Origin: Amphiscolops sp. MND2022
Lineage: Eukaryota
Direction of reading: 5' to 3'
DNA: 64,000 nt
Assembly (NCBI GenBank): GCA_964187785.1
Contig: OZ076409.1
Location: 40,178,001-40,242,000 of the forward strand
The notes beneath the pieces are model-generated. The model did not search any database, was not told the DNA's origin, and was given only the letters and a program-made list of their open reading frames with translations. Made by a program: the position numbers and the translations under genes. Shown piece by piece: positions 1-12,693 of this stretch; position 1 is the stretch's first letter; every line of letters starts with the position of its first letter.

Positions 1-367
1 TTGCCTCAATTCTAATGCGCAATTCAATAATCCGAGCTATTAAAATTGTCCTCATGGACCACTACTTTCCAATTAACCATCCACGTGTCCTGTCATGTAA
101 TTATAGATTCTTCACATTATGTGTAATTATCAATGCCTCCATTCTACTGTAAAATTCACAACCAAGCCATAAAATTAAAAATTGATATTTAGGGAGTTAA
201 TTGAAAAACGATAGGTGTCATTGAATTGAGTTTGTCACTTTCCAATTCATTCAACATAAAATTCTAAGGAGATCCATTCCAAAGGACAACCATTCAACTA
301 TCATTCACCCACATCGACCAGCTGCTTATTTGCTAAACTCAAAAACAATCTCAAACTAGATCTCAGA

Positions 368-2741
368 ATGTCTGATTCTTTGGGAAGTCTCTCAATTAAC
401 AACAGTGATTTGACCCAATATTCACAAAGCAGCCCCTTTCTAACTCCTATGCAGCCTCCACAACCACTTAACCATGATGCTAATCATCATTTTCATAGCA
501 CCCCTGCACCGCTTCAACATAGTAACTTCTCCTTCCACGAGTCGTACGAGGCCATCCAATCCCGTGCCCGCCTAACTTCTCTCAAATTCTCGACCCAAAA
601 ACACCCCAATGCCACAACGGTTATACTCAAAGCAGGACATCATCCAAGAACTCCAGTGATCAAGCGTGGCTAGAACATTATGAGGCAACTGCGCTTGCTA
701 CTAGCACCGGCACTTTGAAGCGCAGTCTCAATTTCACTGCCAAGACTTTAATTGAACCAGGAACAAAATTGCCCCGACAGGAGTGGTCGGAGAAAGTAGG
801 CCCCCAAATTCAGAAGACAGTTCGGGAAATTGCAGAAGCGTACGACACTTGTGGAGCGCTGACGTTCCAACAACAGTTGACACTCTTCCACGGCATTGTC
901 ACATATCTTTACATGTATGTTGACCCGTCACTGTGATGGCGAAGAGCATTTTAGCTATGACAGTACATGCCGTCGCCCAAGTTGTGTCACAGCTTGACGA
1001 GCTAAGCCAGGACACCATGTACGAACTGAGCCTTGAACCATCTTTGGGTAATTGTTGCATTTTTTGGCAAACATGAAGCAGAACATTGAATGGAAAAAAC
1101 CTTCTTATAATTAGGAAGGGTAATAATGAAGACACACTTCATAAAAAGGATCTGTCATGTTACACTTTTCTAGAATTTTAATCCTTTTGTTTTAGGAAAC
1201 ACTATTCGATCGCAGCATAAAATAATTAAGAGAAGTAATAATGAAGAAACACTTTATGAAAAGTATCTGTCATGTTACACTTTTCTAGAATTTTAAACCT
1301 TTTGTTTTAGGAAACACTATTCGATCGCAGCATAAAATATGCTCTTGGGTGGTGAATGCGATGCGGGTTTATCACCTTGGCGTGAGACCCAATTTCCAAA
1401 GACAATCCCCACAAGTGGTCAAGAGGGCGTTCCCACTGGACGATGGCACCTAAGAGGTACAGACCGAACTTTTCTTCGTCACATCCAAAGGAAACACGAA
1501 TTTTAACCCCAGAAAAATTGCAGAAGAGTTTATGGACAAGGTACAAGAAGTTCAAAAATAGAAATTGAACGGTCACTATGTGCAATAGTTATAAACTTTC
1601 AAAATTGTCTTTTAGTATAGTCGTTTCATAGTTGACTTCTACAATGTTAATTGATTCTTGTGAAAGATTTCGTTGCTCGTTAATGATTGTATTTTGTTGT
1701 AGATGCAAAAGAATTCACGGGAGACAGTGGAAGATGTGCTGCAGGGTTATGCCAACCAAGCACTTGCCCTGCCAACATCCTGCGACGCCGTCTTCAAAAA
1801 GAAGTCACAGGCCACAACGGAGATCTGGAAAAATGTCGACATGATCTGGGCTGCCGCCAACGAGGTCACTGAACGACAACTGAGCGCATGTGTGACAAAA
1901 CGCCTCAATGCGCAGCGTAATGCCCGACAAGTGTTGCGAGCAAAAGATTTCATCACATTTTGCAGCAACAAACGAAACCAGGTCAACCCCACCAGACAGA
2001 GGCTCATTGAGTTCTACAACAAGAACTCCTGGAACACAGAAGAAGATCTCAAAAAAGTTTGTAATTCACGAACCTTAGAAATTAAACAGTTGTTACACTG
2101 CTTTAAAAGACTGCTTGAATAACTATAGGATGAAAAACATAGGTATATCATGTTATTTTTATCCCTTGTTTCAAAAGACATTCAAGATTGTCACTGATCG
2201 CCTGAATCCGGAGGCACTGCAGACTCCATCAGTTGCCCCCCGTCACGATGTCTTGTTCCTGCCAGCCCAGCACGAACAATCGGAGTGCTTCAAGAAGACA
2301 CTTTCCAAACGGTGCAAGTCGCAGCATTGGCCAGCAATCTGCGACGTGCAAGTGAAAGGTCTTGGTCGTGGGGTTATCACGACAGCGAAGATCGACAAAG
2401 GAGAGATTCTGGCTGATTACCATGGGGAAGAAATAAAAGGTATGAAGCTGAACGAGTTCCTTGAAATACCAAGCAACCAAACCGAGTATCTCTTCCAACT
2501 AGGCCAGAAACATCTCATCGACGCTTCCAGTGGAATCTGCAAGGAGCATCCGAACAACAGGTGCCTTGCCAGGTTATTCAACCACAAATCGGCCAAAAAA
2601 GCAAACGTGAAGCCAGTGCTGATAAATATAAGGCCCAACAAAGACGTCCTGGTGTTTGTGGCGAAAACTGAAATCCCTCCCTTCGAAGAGCTTCGATTCG
2701 ATTATGGCGATGAAGAAACGAGGCGACTGTTCGACGAATAA
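368..2741 (+). CDS. SET-domain lysine methyltransferase (SETD8/PR-Set7-like C-terminus); multi-exon, with frameshifts in the 5' half
   Basis: ORF 2115-2741 has GRGV..YHGE..YLF..IDAS..RLFNH..NV..ELRFDYG. Probable exons about 368-1047, 1311-1540, 1703-2057 and 2178-2741 at GT-AG sites. The upstream part aligns with the SET gene at 30.4-32.8 kb (AMTVHAVAQVVSQL vs SITTHAVLQTVPQI; LFFVTSKG vs PFFVNSWG). Confidence 0.8.
1121..1338. repeat. Tandem duplication (about 115 bp) of an intron 3' end and the start of the next exon
   Basis: TAATAATGAAG...TTTTGTTTTAGGAAACACTATTCGATCGCAGCATAAAATA occurs at about 1121-1224 and 1236-1338. Confidence 0.85.
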
Positions 2742-2929
2742 TTTTTTGTCTTGTGATTAGTTCAGATAACAAACAAACTGAATTTTAGTTTTCACGTTTT
2801 TGAATTAAATTCATTTTCAAATTAGATATGTTTCTGGAATTGTTACGTTGCTGGAATAAAAAATTTTCGAGGACTGAATGTGCTCGCGGAGTCGTTACGT
2901 TGTTTGTAAAGGAGTTGTTGGCTTAAAAA

Positions 2930-3450
2930 ACAAGTGTACTACTACCTTCGAATAACAACTAGCAATGGTGTAAAATTGATCTCTAGATTCTTCAAACAAT
3001 GCTTTAAAATTACGTTCTCAATTCTAGAGCGCTTTCTAAGCGCAAGTTGAGCTAATGGTTTTTGAAGAATCCACTAAAAAAGCTGAAACAACTGCTCAAA
3101 ACTAGTGTACTTCTACCTTTGAATAACAACTAGCAATGGTTTAAAATTTATCTCTAGATTCTTCGAACAAGGCTTTAAAATTACGTTCTCAATTCTAGAG
3201 CGCTTTCTAAACGCAAGTTGAGCTAATGGTATTTGAAAAATCCACAAAAAGAGCTTAAACAACTGCTCAAAACTAGTGTACTACTACCTTTGAATAACAA
3301 CTAGCAATGGTTTTAAATTGATCTCTAGATTCTTCAAGCAGTGCTTTAAAGTCACTTTCTCAATTCTTAGCGCTCATTTTAAACGCGAGCTGAACTAATG
3401 GTAATTGAAGAATCCACAAAATTCACTGAACTACTTGCTCAATTTTTGTG
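2930..3450. repeat. 171-bp tandem repeat, about 3 copies
   Basis: Anchor GTGTACT(A/T)CTACCTT at 2934, 3105 and 3276. Confidence 0.9.
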
Positions 3451-5569
3451 TAGTGGAGAATTGGAAAGCTGTCGATAGAGGAAAATTTTTTTGATCGAAG
3501 ATGTCAAATGTCAGTTGATTTGATTACTGGTATGATCAGATAGAATTCACTCAATTTGATGAACATGGCAACGTTTTTTTACATGTATTAATACGCGTAC
3601 AAAACTTTATATATGTGTCCAATGCAACGGCATAATGGGGATGGTGGCGCAGTTGATAAATCACGTGGGTATGTAATGAAGCTTGATGCGTTGTCAATCA
3701 AGGGTTCGATCCCCGCCAATAAACTTCCAGTTGATTCGATGCAGACTACTCTGCATTCCCTCCTCCACTGTATTGAATCAGCAAAAGACATTGTGTTCCT
3801 CTTCACAGTGATAGCCCACATGTAAGGATCACTGCGCCGCTGCATCCCTTTTTGGATCATCCAGATGAACTGAAATTAATAATTTAGATGAAATGAATCA
3901 ATCGGGTTAAAGGTCGATTCTCACATATGAACTTCTAGGCGACTCGATACAGACAACATTGTCGGTATAATTCGGCTTCACAAACAATCGGAATGCCCAA
4001 TTGACGGTTCAATCCGCTTTTGCATGCATCCTTTTTTGATGAGTCGCACAACGAAACTGCATCTTTTTTTAATGCGAATACGAGCAAGAATTTTGAATTT
4101 CGAGAAACTCAAACTCGAACTCATTTTTTGACGCATAATAAACTGCTGCATAATAAGACGCTGCATTTAACTAAATTAACTAATTTTTAATACTCGTTTT
4201 ACAATGAAAATTTCCCAAAATGTTTGAAATGCAATCCTTGATGGTAAGAAGCTGATTGTTTTCAAACAAGCTTTGACGCCCCTTGATTGTATTAGTTGAG
4301 TAAAATTGGTTGATTTCAAACTACACGGTGAATTACGCAGTAGAATTGAGGGACTAATTACTATATACGGTGTGAAGAATCTATAATTGAATGATTAAAC
4401 ATGCGGTAGTGCAAATTGAAGGTAGTGGTACACGAATTTAAACTGAACTTGTTCGTTAATTTTTGTGGATTCTTCATAACATTATGACTGCTATGAACCT
4501 ACGTTTGTAAACTCCGTACAAAAACGGTTTGAATTATTGTGTATTTGAATTATCGAATACAAAATTGATGGTAACCTATGATGGCATCAATCTTCAACTG
4601 AAAAAAAAGAATATGGTCGCTAAACAATTGCTCCCGGAGTCGTTACAAAATATTGGGAAGGATCATTTTTGTATCGAAAAAAAATGAACTAATCGAACTC
4701 CACTAAAACGTACGAAAAAGCCACAAAATTACCTGACATCACGTATTCGGAAGGATCCAAAACACAGCCTTTCTTCTCAACTTCTTCAATGTATGTCGCC
4801 CTATGGTTTTGAAAAGCTATCAATCAAAAACATTATTCTTTGATAAAAGAGGTTGTCATCAATCAATCATTACTTAGACCAAAACAGAAATAGTATACAA
4901 TTGAACAATCAAATTCGTGTTAGTATTTATTTGTGTGCAATACAACGGCATATAGGGGATGGTAGCGCAGTTGATATTTCACATGGGTATGCAGTGAAGC
5001 TAGACGCGTTGTCTACCACCGGATCGATTCTCCCATAGACACTGTTTGGTGACTCGATGCAGACCATCGTTTCACTTCACAGCGATTGGAAGGCATAATT
5101 GAAGATCCAATCAACTCAACTGCGCAACTGCATCCCTTTTTGATGTGAAAAGGATGAATAAGTTGTTGATCGTTATTTTCCTTTACAGCGATAGGAAGGC
5201 ACAATTGAAGATCCACTGCATCCAGGGGTGTTCAATAAACAATTATACCTAAGATAAAATTGAAATGATAAAAATAAAAAAAATACTTCTACACTTAAAT
5301 GAACAAACACAATTATTTTTGAACCTGTTAAAAGAAAAACTATTATTCTTGAGGTAACTAAAACTAACTAAGAACGTTCAATTCAACATATCGTCAGCCA
5401 ATTAAATTCGAACATACAGAAACAGCTTTTGTTGATATCCGTTTTTCGCTGAGAATAAAAATTTTTCTTTTAACAAAAAAATGATGAAATTGTTTATTTT
5501 TCACTATGAAATTAAAATAATTTATTTTTAGGCAACGATAATTATCGAATAAAACATTGAACACCCCTG

Positions 5570-6170
5570 ACTGCATCCCTTTTTGATGTACAAAAAGATC
5601 AGTTGTATATTTCCTTCACAGCGATAGGAAGGCACTTTTGAAGATCCACCGCATCTTTTGATGTAGAGAAAGATCAGTTGATCCTTGTTAATTTCTCTCA
5701 CAGCGATAGGAAGGCACTTTTGAAGATCCACTGCATCACTTTCTGATCTGCAAAAAGGTCAGTTCATTGTTGGTGCTTTTCACAGCGATAGGAAGGCATT
5801 TTTGAAGATCAACCGCATCTTTTGATGTGGAGAAAGATCAGTTGATCCTTGTTAATTTCTCTCACAGCGATAGGAAGGCACTTTTGATGATCCACTGCAT
5901 CTCTTTCTGATCTGCAAAAAGATCAGTTCATTGTTGGTGCTTTTCACAGCGATAGGAAGGCATTTTTGAAGATCCACCGCATCTTTTGATGTGGAGAAAG
6001 ATCAGTCGATCCTTGTTAATTTCTCTCACAGCGATAGGAAGGCACTTTCGAAGATCCACTGCATCCTTTTTTGATCTGAAAAAAGATCAGTTGATTGTTG
6101 GTACTTCTCAATAAGATGGGAAGGCACAATTGAAGGTTCAATCCGCCACAGCATCCATTTTTGATGAAAA
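5570..6170. repeat. 82-bp tandem repeat with alternating A/B units (164-bp higher-order unit)
   Basis: CAGCGATAGGAAGGCA at 5619, 5701, 5783, 5865, 5947 and 6029; degenerate copies near 3806, 5079 and 5186. Confidence 0.9.
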
Positions 6171-8379
6171 CAGTGATGTCCATTTTCAGTCAAAATTAAA
6201 AAATATAAACTATCAATTCAATATGAATTAGCCGAATAATCTGTTTTCGGCACTGATGCATTAATGTACGAAACTCTAAGTTATAAAACATCATTTATTT
6301 GAAACAAATAGCAACTCTCCCTCTCCCACACAAACTTTTTAAAGAATAGGGAAAATAGTATGAACCAAATTTGTATTCCAATTATAAACTGTATCTCTAG
6401 AAATACCTTTAAAATTGAAGGAATCTGGTCTGTAATCAAGTTTTTCTGTTATTACAAGTAGTTGCAAAAACATCATCTTGAAAAGTGTGTGTGTGGGGGG
6501 ATAGTTCCTGAATGGACATCACTGGATGAGAAGAAAGAGAATAAAGATAAACCTGTATAATTGGTATACTGAATTGATTTCAAATTTTACGTCGAATTGC
6601 GCAGTAGAATCGAGGGACAAATTACTTTACATGGTGTGAAGAATCTATAATTGGATAATAAAACATGCGAGAGTGTAAATCGAAAGTATTGGTCCACGAA
6701 TTCAAAATAAATTTGTTCGTTCCATTTTGTGGATTCTTCGCAAAAATAGGACTGCTATGAAAATACTTTTTAAAACATCATGCAAAACTGGTTTGCAATT
6801 TTGATTCAATTGGAAAAAAAAACAAATAAAAAATTACTTTGCCATTTTGTAACTAATGAAATCATACAATTATCTTTGTAATCGCGTTGTCTAAGCGCGT
6901 TAAAAAGAATTTTCAAGTGGTAACTGTATCTTGAATTATCTCGGACCATATGGTACTATTCGATCTCTTAGTTGAACAATTTGTTCAACTAGGCAGGTCT
7001 TTTGTCAACACTATTGTTGATCATTTTTCTTTTAACCGCTACCACATTCCCCCGCCGGCAATTGACGGTTGGGAATTTCTATTAATAGGCTATTTCTAAT
7101 AATTAACATGGGAAATGTTATTTGACACTAATTTTGTTTTTATGTTATTTGCACTTATGGTATTTGGTACGTAATCATCCGTTCCGTTGCCCTTTTGGAG
7201 TCGTTACCTTAAACTAAACATTTATATTTAGTCCTGTTATTATCATGCTCATGGAGTCGTTACGGGGAAGTCCCAAATAACATAAGAGCAAATAGCATAA
7301 AATTAGTTCAAATAACATAAAACTGAAATGGGTTTCACTAAACACGGAATTTGAAACTAATTTCATTTTCGTGTTCTTCGACACCAATTTTGCCTCTGCT
7401 ATTTGCACTTGTTATTCGGTACGTATTTGTCGTTAAATGTTTCTAAACATTTGTGCTATATCCTTTTTTCATCGCGCTCATGGAGTCGTTACATCTGACT
7501 AAACGTTTTTTTTCTATGTCATATATTCATTGCGAACAAATTGTACCAAAAATAAAACACTTGACTTAACTTACTCGAAGATTGAGTTTGTTTGATTGCT
7601 CAAATTGAAGGTTTGCAGTTATCTTGTTGTCTTCAGGAAATTCTTGAAGTCTTCAGGAGATTCAGAAAACGACTGATTGTCAGCAGCAATGGTTGTTAAT
7701 TAACGTTACTAGATAAAGCGAGGGATTTTGAAGTTTGTTTACATGACGCACAAATTTCTGCGCGTCATGGTCACGTGACAAAAAGTTCATCTAATTCCAA
7801 GTACATGTAACGTTTTTGGATCAAGCTAGATATTTTGTTTACATAAGGCACTAAATTATGCGAGTCATGGTCACGTGACAAAAAGTTCCTTAAAGATTTG
7901 TAGAGATTTTAGAGATTTGTAAAGAACGAGGGAAAAAAGAGTGAAGAAACGAGTGAAATCAAGAAGAACGTCCAATTTCATAAATCCTTTTTGAACCATG
8001 CCAAGACTGAACGAAATTTTCACCGAACGGAACCAAAAGTATCAGAGATGATGTGACGTCATAAAGAACTATATTGAATTTATTGTATAACGAATGACAT
8101 CCATACAATCTATTTGAACGCTCCTGGAGTCGTTACAACAATAACTGTTTCATTAAATTGATATAAAGTTTTTCGAGTTTAACAATTGGAGGGAGGACGG
8201 TATTTGATACATTTTCTTTGCTCTTGGAGTCGTTACAAATTTATCAATACAAACACAGGTTTTTTGATTATTTGAATTATCAATACAAAAAACGTTAGGA
8301 AACGAAGTTTGTTCATTAGTAGTCTGCGCAGTTGAAGTCTTAAGTTGAACAAATTTGGGCGAGGGATGTTGGTATAGAA

Positions 8380-8870
8380 AAAAAGTGTACTACTACCTTT
8401 TGAATGCTTTAAAGTTACGTGTTCAATTCGAGAGCGCTTTCTAAACGCAAGCTGAGCTAAGGGTATTTGAAGAATCCACAAAAAGAGCTTAAGCAACTGC
8501 TCAAAACTAGTGTACTACTACCTTTGAATAACAACTAGCAATGGTTTAAAATTGATTTCTAGATTCTTCAAACATTGCTTTAAAGTTATGTTCTCAGTTC
8601 TAGAGCGCTTTCTAAACGCAAGCTGAGCTAAGGGTATTTGAAGAATCCACAAAAAGAGCTTAAGCAGCTGCTCAAAACTAGTGTACTACTACCTTTGAAT
8701 AACAACTAGCAATGGTTTAAAATTGATTTCTAGATTCTTCAAACAATGCTTTAAAGTTACGTTCTCAATTCTAGAGCGCTTTCTGAACGCGAGCTGAGCT
8801 CATGCTATTCGAATAATCCACAAATTTCACTCAACTAACTACTTGCTCAATTTTTGTGTGCTGGAGTTTT
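8380..8870. repeat. Second array of the 171-bp repeat (first unit internally shortened)
   Basis: Anchor GTGTACTACTACCTTT at 8385, 8510 and 8681; same sequence and orientation as 2930-3450. Confidence 0.9.
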
Positions 8871-8995
8871 GGAACTGGTGAAACTGAATAGTTATTTGAA
8901 AACTTTTCAAATTTGAACATTTTAAATTATTACAGACGGACGTTACATGCCTCATACGGAGAAAAATGTTAAAAACTGGTCCTTTTCTTCTTCTT

Positions 8996-11900
8996 TTACT
9001 TGAAAGGAGTCACATATGAGCCGTCTGGTTGCTCTTCTGCTCTTGCTCTTTTGCGCGAAAGCTTCAAGGAAGTAATCAAAGATCTGTAATCACCGTCTAA
9101 TGCTCCGGCGTTTCTTTGTCTCTCAAATAATGGGCGTTGATCGTTGACACAAGCCCGCTTGATTGTATCATTACATGACATCACGTATTCGGAAGGATCC
9201 AAAACACAGCCTTTTTTTCAACATCTTCAATGTATGTCACCTTTATAAATTTGAAATCAGTGGCGGCAAATTCCCTGCATATTCTGGCTGTTCCTTGAGC
9301 TGCTGCTTTTTTCATTGTTTTCGATGCAGCCGGTTTTCGTTGAGTTGTCGACGTACATGTGTCGCTGTCCGATTCAGAAGCTGCGCATTGCTCACTCCGC
9401 GATGCTCTGAGTAATTCAGTGTCGTTTTTTAACACAACAAAACAATTTGGGGTTGAAGAATGACGCTTAGATAGACCAAGAGCTTTGTCCTTACTCAACA
9501 CCTCCCCCCCAAACGGGTAATTGTATCCTCTAGTGCTTTTGCAGTAGTTCCAGAGAAGTGTCCAACCACGTGAAACCGAAGTCCACTCAACAACCTGCAT
9601 GAATCACGAGTGGCACCTATTTCTACAATGACAGGCTTGACAACATTTTTGCAGATTTCAAAATAAGTTGTAGTTGGCTCGTATTGTTTTTGAAGTTGGG
9701 TAAACAAATCGCTCACTGCTATTTTTTTGTGTTTCGAAACTATGTCGAGATAATGGCAGTAAGAAAAAAAACCTTCATAGAATAAAGGATCAGGGTTATA
9801 CAGTTTCCCTCCGCCTCGCATCGTTTTTGTTTGAAAATCCTTGTGTGCGTGATGGTTTGATTTTTCCATTGCCTCACACATGTGGTGCCAGGGACTACGA
9901 ACAAATCCTGCCTGCATTATTTCAGGTACTAGCATCATTTTCAATTTATAGGGTGTCAGACCTTCTTTTCCGGAAAAAAGAAGCAGCGATGACTGGTAGT
10001 AGGTCTCTGACCAGAACTTGAATTGCTCCATGTCTAGTCCGTGTTTGGAGGACCGCAAAATGATGGCACATTTGTTTAGACTTCCTTGTAAAAGATTTGC
10101 GCAATCGTTTGTTGTGAACTGGTCAAATTTCTCTAGATAAGGGTGCATTTTTCTGAGAACTGCAAAAGCGTTGGTGACAGCACGTGTAATTTCTTTGTCT
10201 GTGTCGTTGTTTATGTTCTCAAAAAGGATTTCTTTTCCCCATACGTTTTCAAAATGGTTGGGAATATCTTGCCCAAGTTCATCTTTGTCAGCGATAGCAA
10301 CTAGCGCTGAAGTTCCTGACAGCGACACAGGTCCAACAACCCCTTTTTTCAAATCAGATCCTTTCACTTGCAGGTCAAACTGGAATCTGGGTTTTTTCAT
10401 CGCCCTTCGAGTGCAGTTATCTTCCAACTTTTGTAAGGCCACTTTGTATAGCGGTTTCTCGTTTACGATTTTTTGTGTTGCTTTGCGAAGGTCACTCTCT
10501 ACACACCTTGTGATCATATGCGTAACGTCTGGCATGACACATCTTATATCCTTAAGGTACACTAGTGAATTTTGTGGAACTTCTTTTCTGAAAGGCGCTT
10601 CTAGATCGTGGCGCAATCCAGTATTTTTATCCACATCTGTAGGCAAAAATTTTTCAGATCCCACATATAAAGCCAAATCAGACGGGTACAGGTTCGATGC
10701 ATCGCTGTCTATAGCCAGTATGAGACGATACAGAAAAGGGTTGTCGCCGGAACATGTAACCACTGCCCCTTGTGTGCTTAACTCTTTTGTTTGCATGTAC
10801 AGCCACCCCGTCTCCTGTTTTCCAGCTATATCTGGCCCCAAATTTTGCTCCAGTACGAATCTGCTATCTTTTCCTCGGAACGCTAAACAAAACGACTTTA
10901 TAAAATACTTATTAGAAGAATTCGGTTGCGAATATCTTACAAAATTGTTTAGATTGTGTACATTGAATGGATTTCAATTCATACGATGAATTGGGTAGTA
11001 GAATTGAGGAACTAATAAGAACACATGATGTGAAAAATCTATGATTGGATGAGAAAACATGTGAAAATATAATTTGAAGGTAGTGGTCATGAATGTATAC
11101 TAATGTCCTTATTTAATGGAATCTTCAAAACAGAAAACTACTAGGGTAATTGATAATAAAAAGCAAACTGCTAACTTACCACTGAAGCAAAACGTTATGC
11201 TTGATGACTGTGCTGTGATTTTCTCCGAGAAGTCCTGTAAAATTCGGAAACACATCCTTGTGTGATCATTACCACCAATTTCACAGCCGTCACCCCACAA
11301 ATCAATGTTCAGCCCCAATATCGTTTCTCTTCCGTAAAGAATCCAGGCTGCAAAGTTGACACATGATACCAAATCACAACGGAATCCTGAGAATGTGGCT
11401 TCAGGCTTACATACGGAAATGAAGTTTTCCATGATACGACTCTGGTATCTCTGGACTGCACGGTAGGATGGTACGATGTTTTGGAGTTTTCCTGTTTCAT
11501 TTATTTTCAAATTCGAAGAGATAGTGAACAGCAAGTCTTCTGCTTTGCCTGGTTTGAGGGAAATAGCAATACTGGAAGTTATTGCTTCTCGCGATTGCAA
11601 GTTTGGGAAAAGTTTTTTAATAACAGACTTCAGATACTCTGGTTGTTTGCTTTTGGAATACTGAAGGATGACGTCTATGAGAGAGTCGAAACTGACTTTG
11701 TTTCTTCTTGCGTGTAGCAGAACATACTTCCAATAAATAATTGGCCTTCTTTGAAGTCCAACTGCTCCTTTCCTTCGCGGAACTATGCTAGTAGTAGCAA
11801 GTTTGTTTCCTGGCTCAATTGACTCATCTGTTTCAGTTTGTGTGCCAGTTGTTCTGTGTGCAACTTGTTTTAGTAGAGCTGATTTTACCTCTTGGTTACA

Positions 11901-12224
11901 TGTCGGAAACAAATCTACGCCCATCAGTTCAATGATGAGTTCCCTTCGAGCATTTGTCCCTGGGAGATTTTTCCCACCACTCAGAACGATCAGTTTCATC
12001 GTATGTGCCTCAATGAAAACCGAGTGTTTCTTCTGAGTGTCTTTTTTCCATTTAATGATGAGATCTTCGGATTTTAACGAGGTTCCACAAATGACATGAT
12101 TTGTCAATTTTGAAGCTCCTTGATATTTGTTAGTCTCATTAACTAGGGAAATTTTTTCTATCAGGTTATAATCAATATATTGAATAATGTTTATTACTAA
12201 TGAATTCTCGTTCCAAAGCTCCAT
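8996..12224 (-). CDS. RAG1/Transib-like DDE transposase with C-terminal BRCT-like domain (copy A)
   Basis: Exon 12224-11180, intron 11179-10883 (G|GTAAGT...TTTAG|CG), exon 10882-8996 with two -1 slips in homopolymers (about 9505 and 9215). Motifs in RAG1 order: PSYRAV, IDLWGDG (first D), QSSSITFCFSAFRGKD, SGDNPFL (second D), MPDVTH, SLSGTSA, LTPYKLK..VPEI, CEAMEKSN (E). Then LLSGLRFHVVGHF..TITRLGGEV..FIKVTYIEDVEKKGCVLDPSEY (BRCT-like). Confidence 0.75.
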
Positions 12225-12693
12225 TCTGTTCGATTTTCAAAGTTGCTCAGATTCAATTCAATATGATGAGTGGATCAGTTGTTGTTGATTGATGTGTTGC
12301 TTTTTATGGCATTCTGTGATTACACATTATGTTGAAGGAGATTATAAGAATGTTGAATTTGAAGGAGAAAAAGAGTTCGACAGCTTGTCCTAATCCTAAA
12401 AGTGGGGACGAACGTTCAGCTTATCAGACAGACTCAGTTATTAACTAGATTTCATTTTGATTGAATATTGATATTGATGCGTGTAAAATTTGAGTCCCAC
12501 GCCTTCATTCTAAGTTTGAGCTTACCGTCGAGTATACTTCGAGTGAGACTCAATTTTACTCTCAGTGTAAGACTCAAATTTTACACGCAGTTTTTAAAAC
12601 TTCTCAAGGCGTATCATTTGACTTTGAATTTCGCTAGTTTGCACTATCAACAATTCAGCTTCCCACATTGCAATTCAGTGTTCAATTTTCACA
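12225..12693. promoter_or_regulatory. Probable bidirectional promoter between transposase A and partner A
   Basis: Head-to-head ATGs at 12224 (-) and 12694 (+). The same arrangement recurs at 41238-41719. Inferred from position only. Confidence 0.45.

Noticed and set aside
5570..6170. Regularly spaced CAGCGATAGGAAGGCA as CRISPR repeats
   Set aside because: The intervening sequences are themselves repeated (A/B alternation), so this is a minisatellite.
10171..10989. 272-aa plus-strand ORF, and similar ORFs such as 54028-54675 and 63030-63419
   Set aside because: These are antisense shadows of longer or motif-bearing ORFs and have no recognisable motifs of their own.
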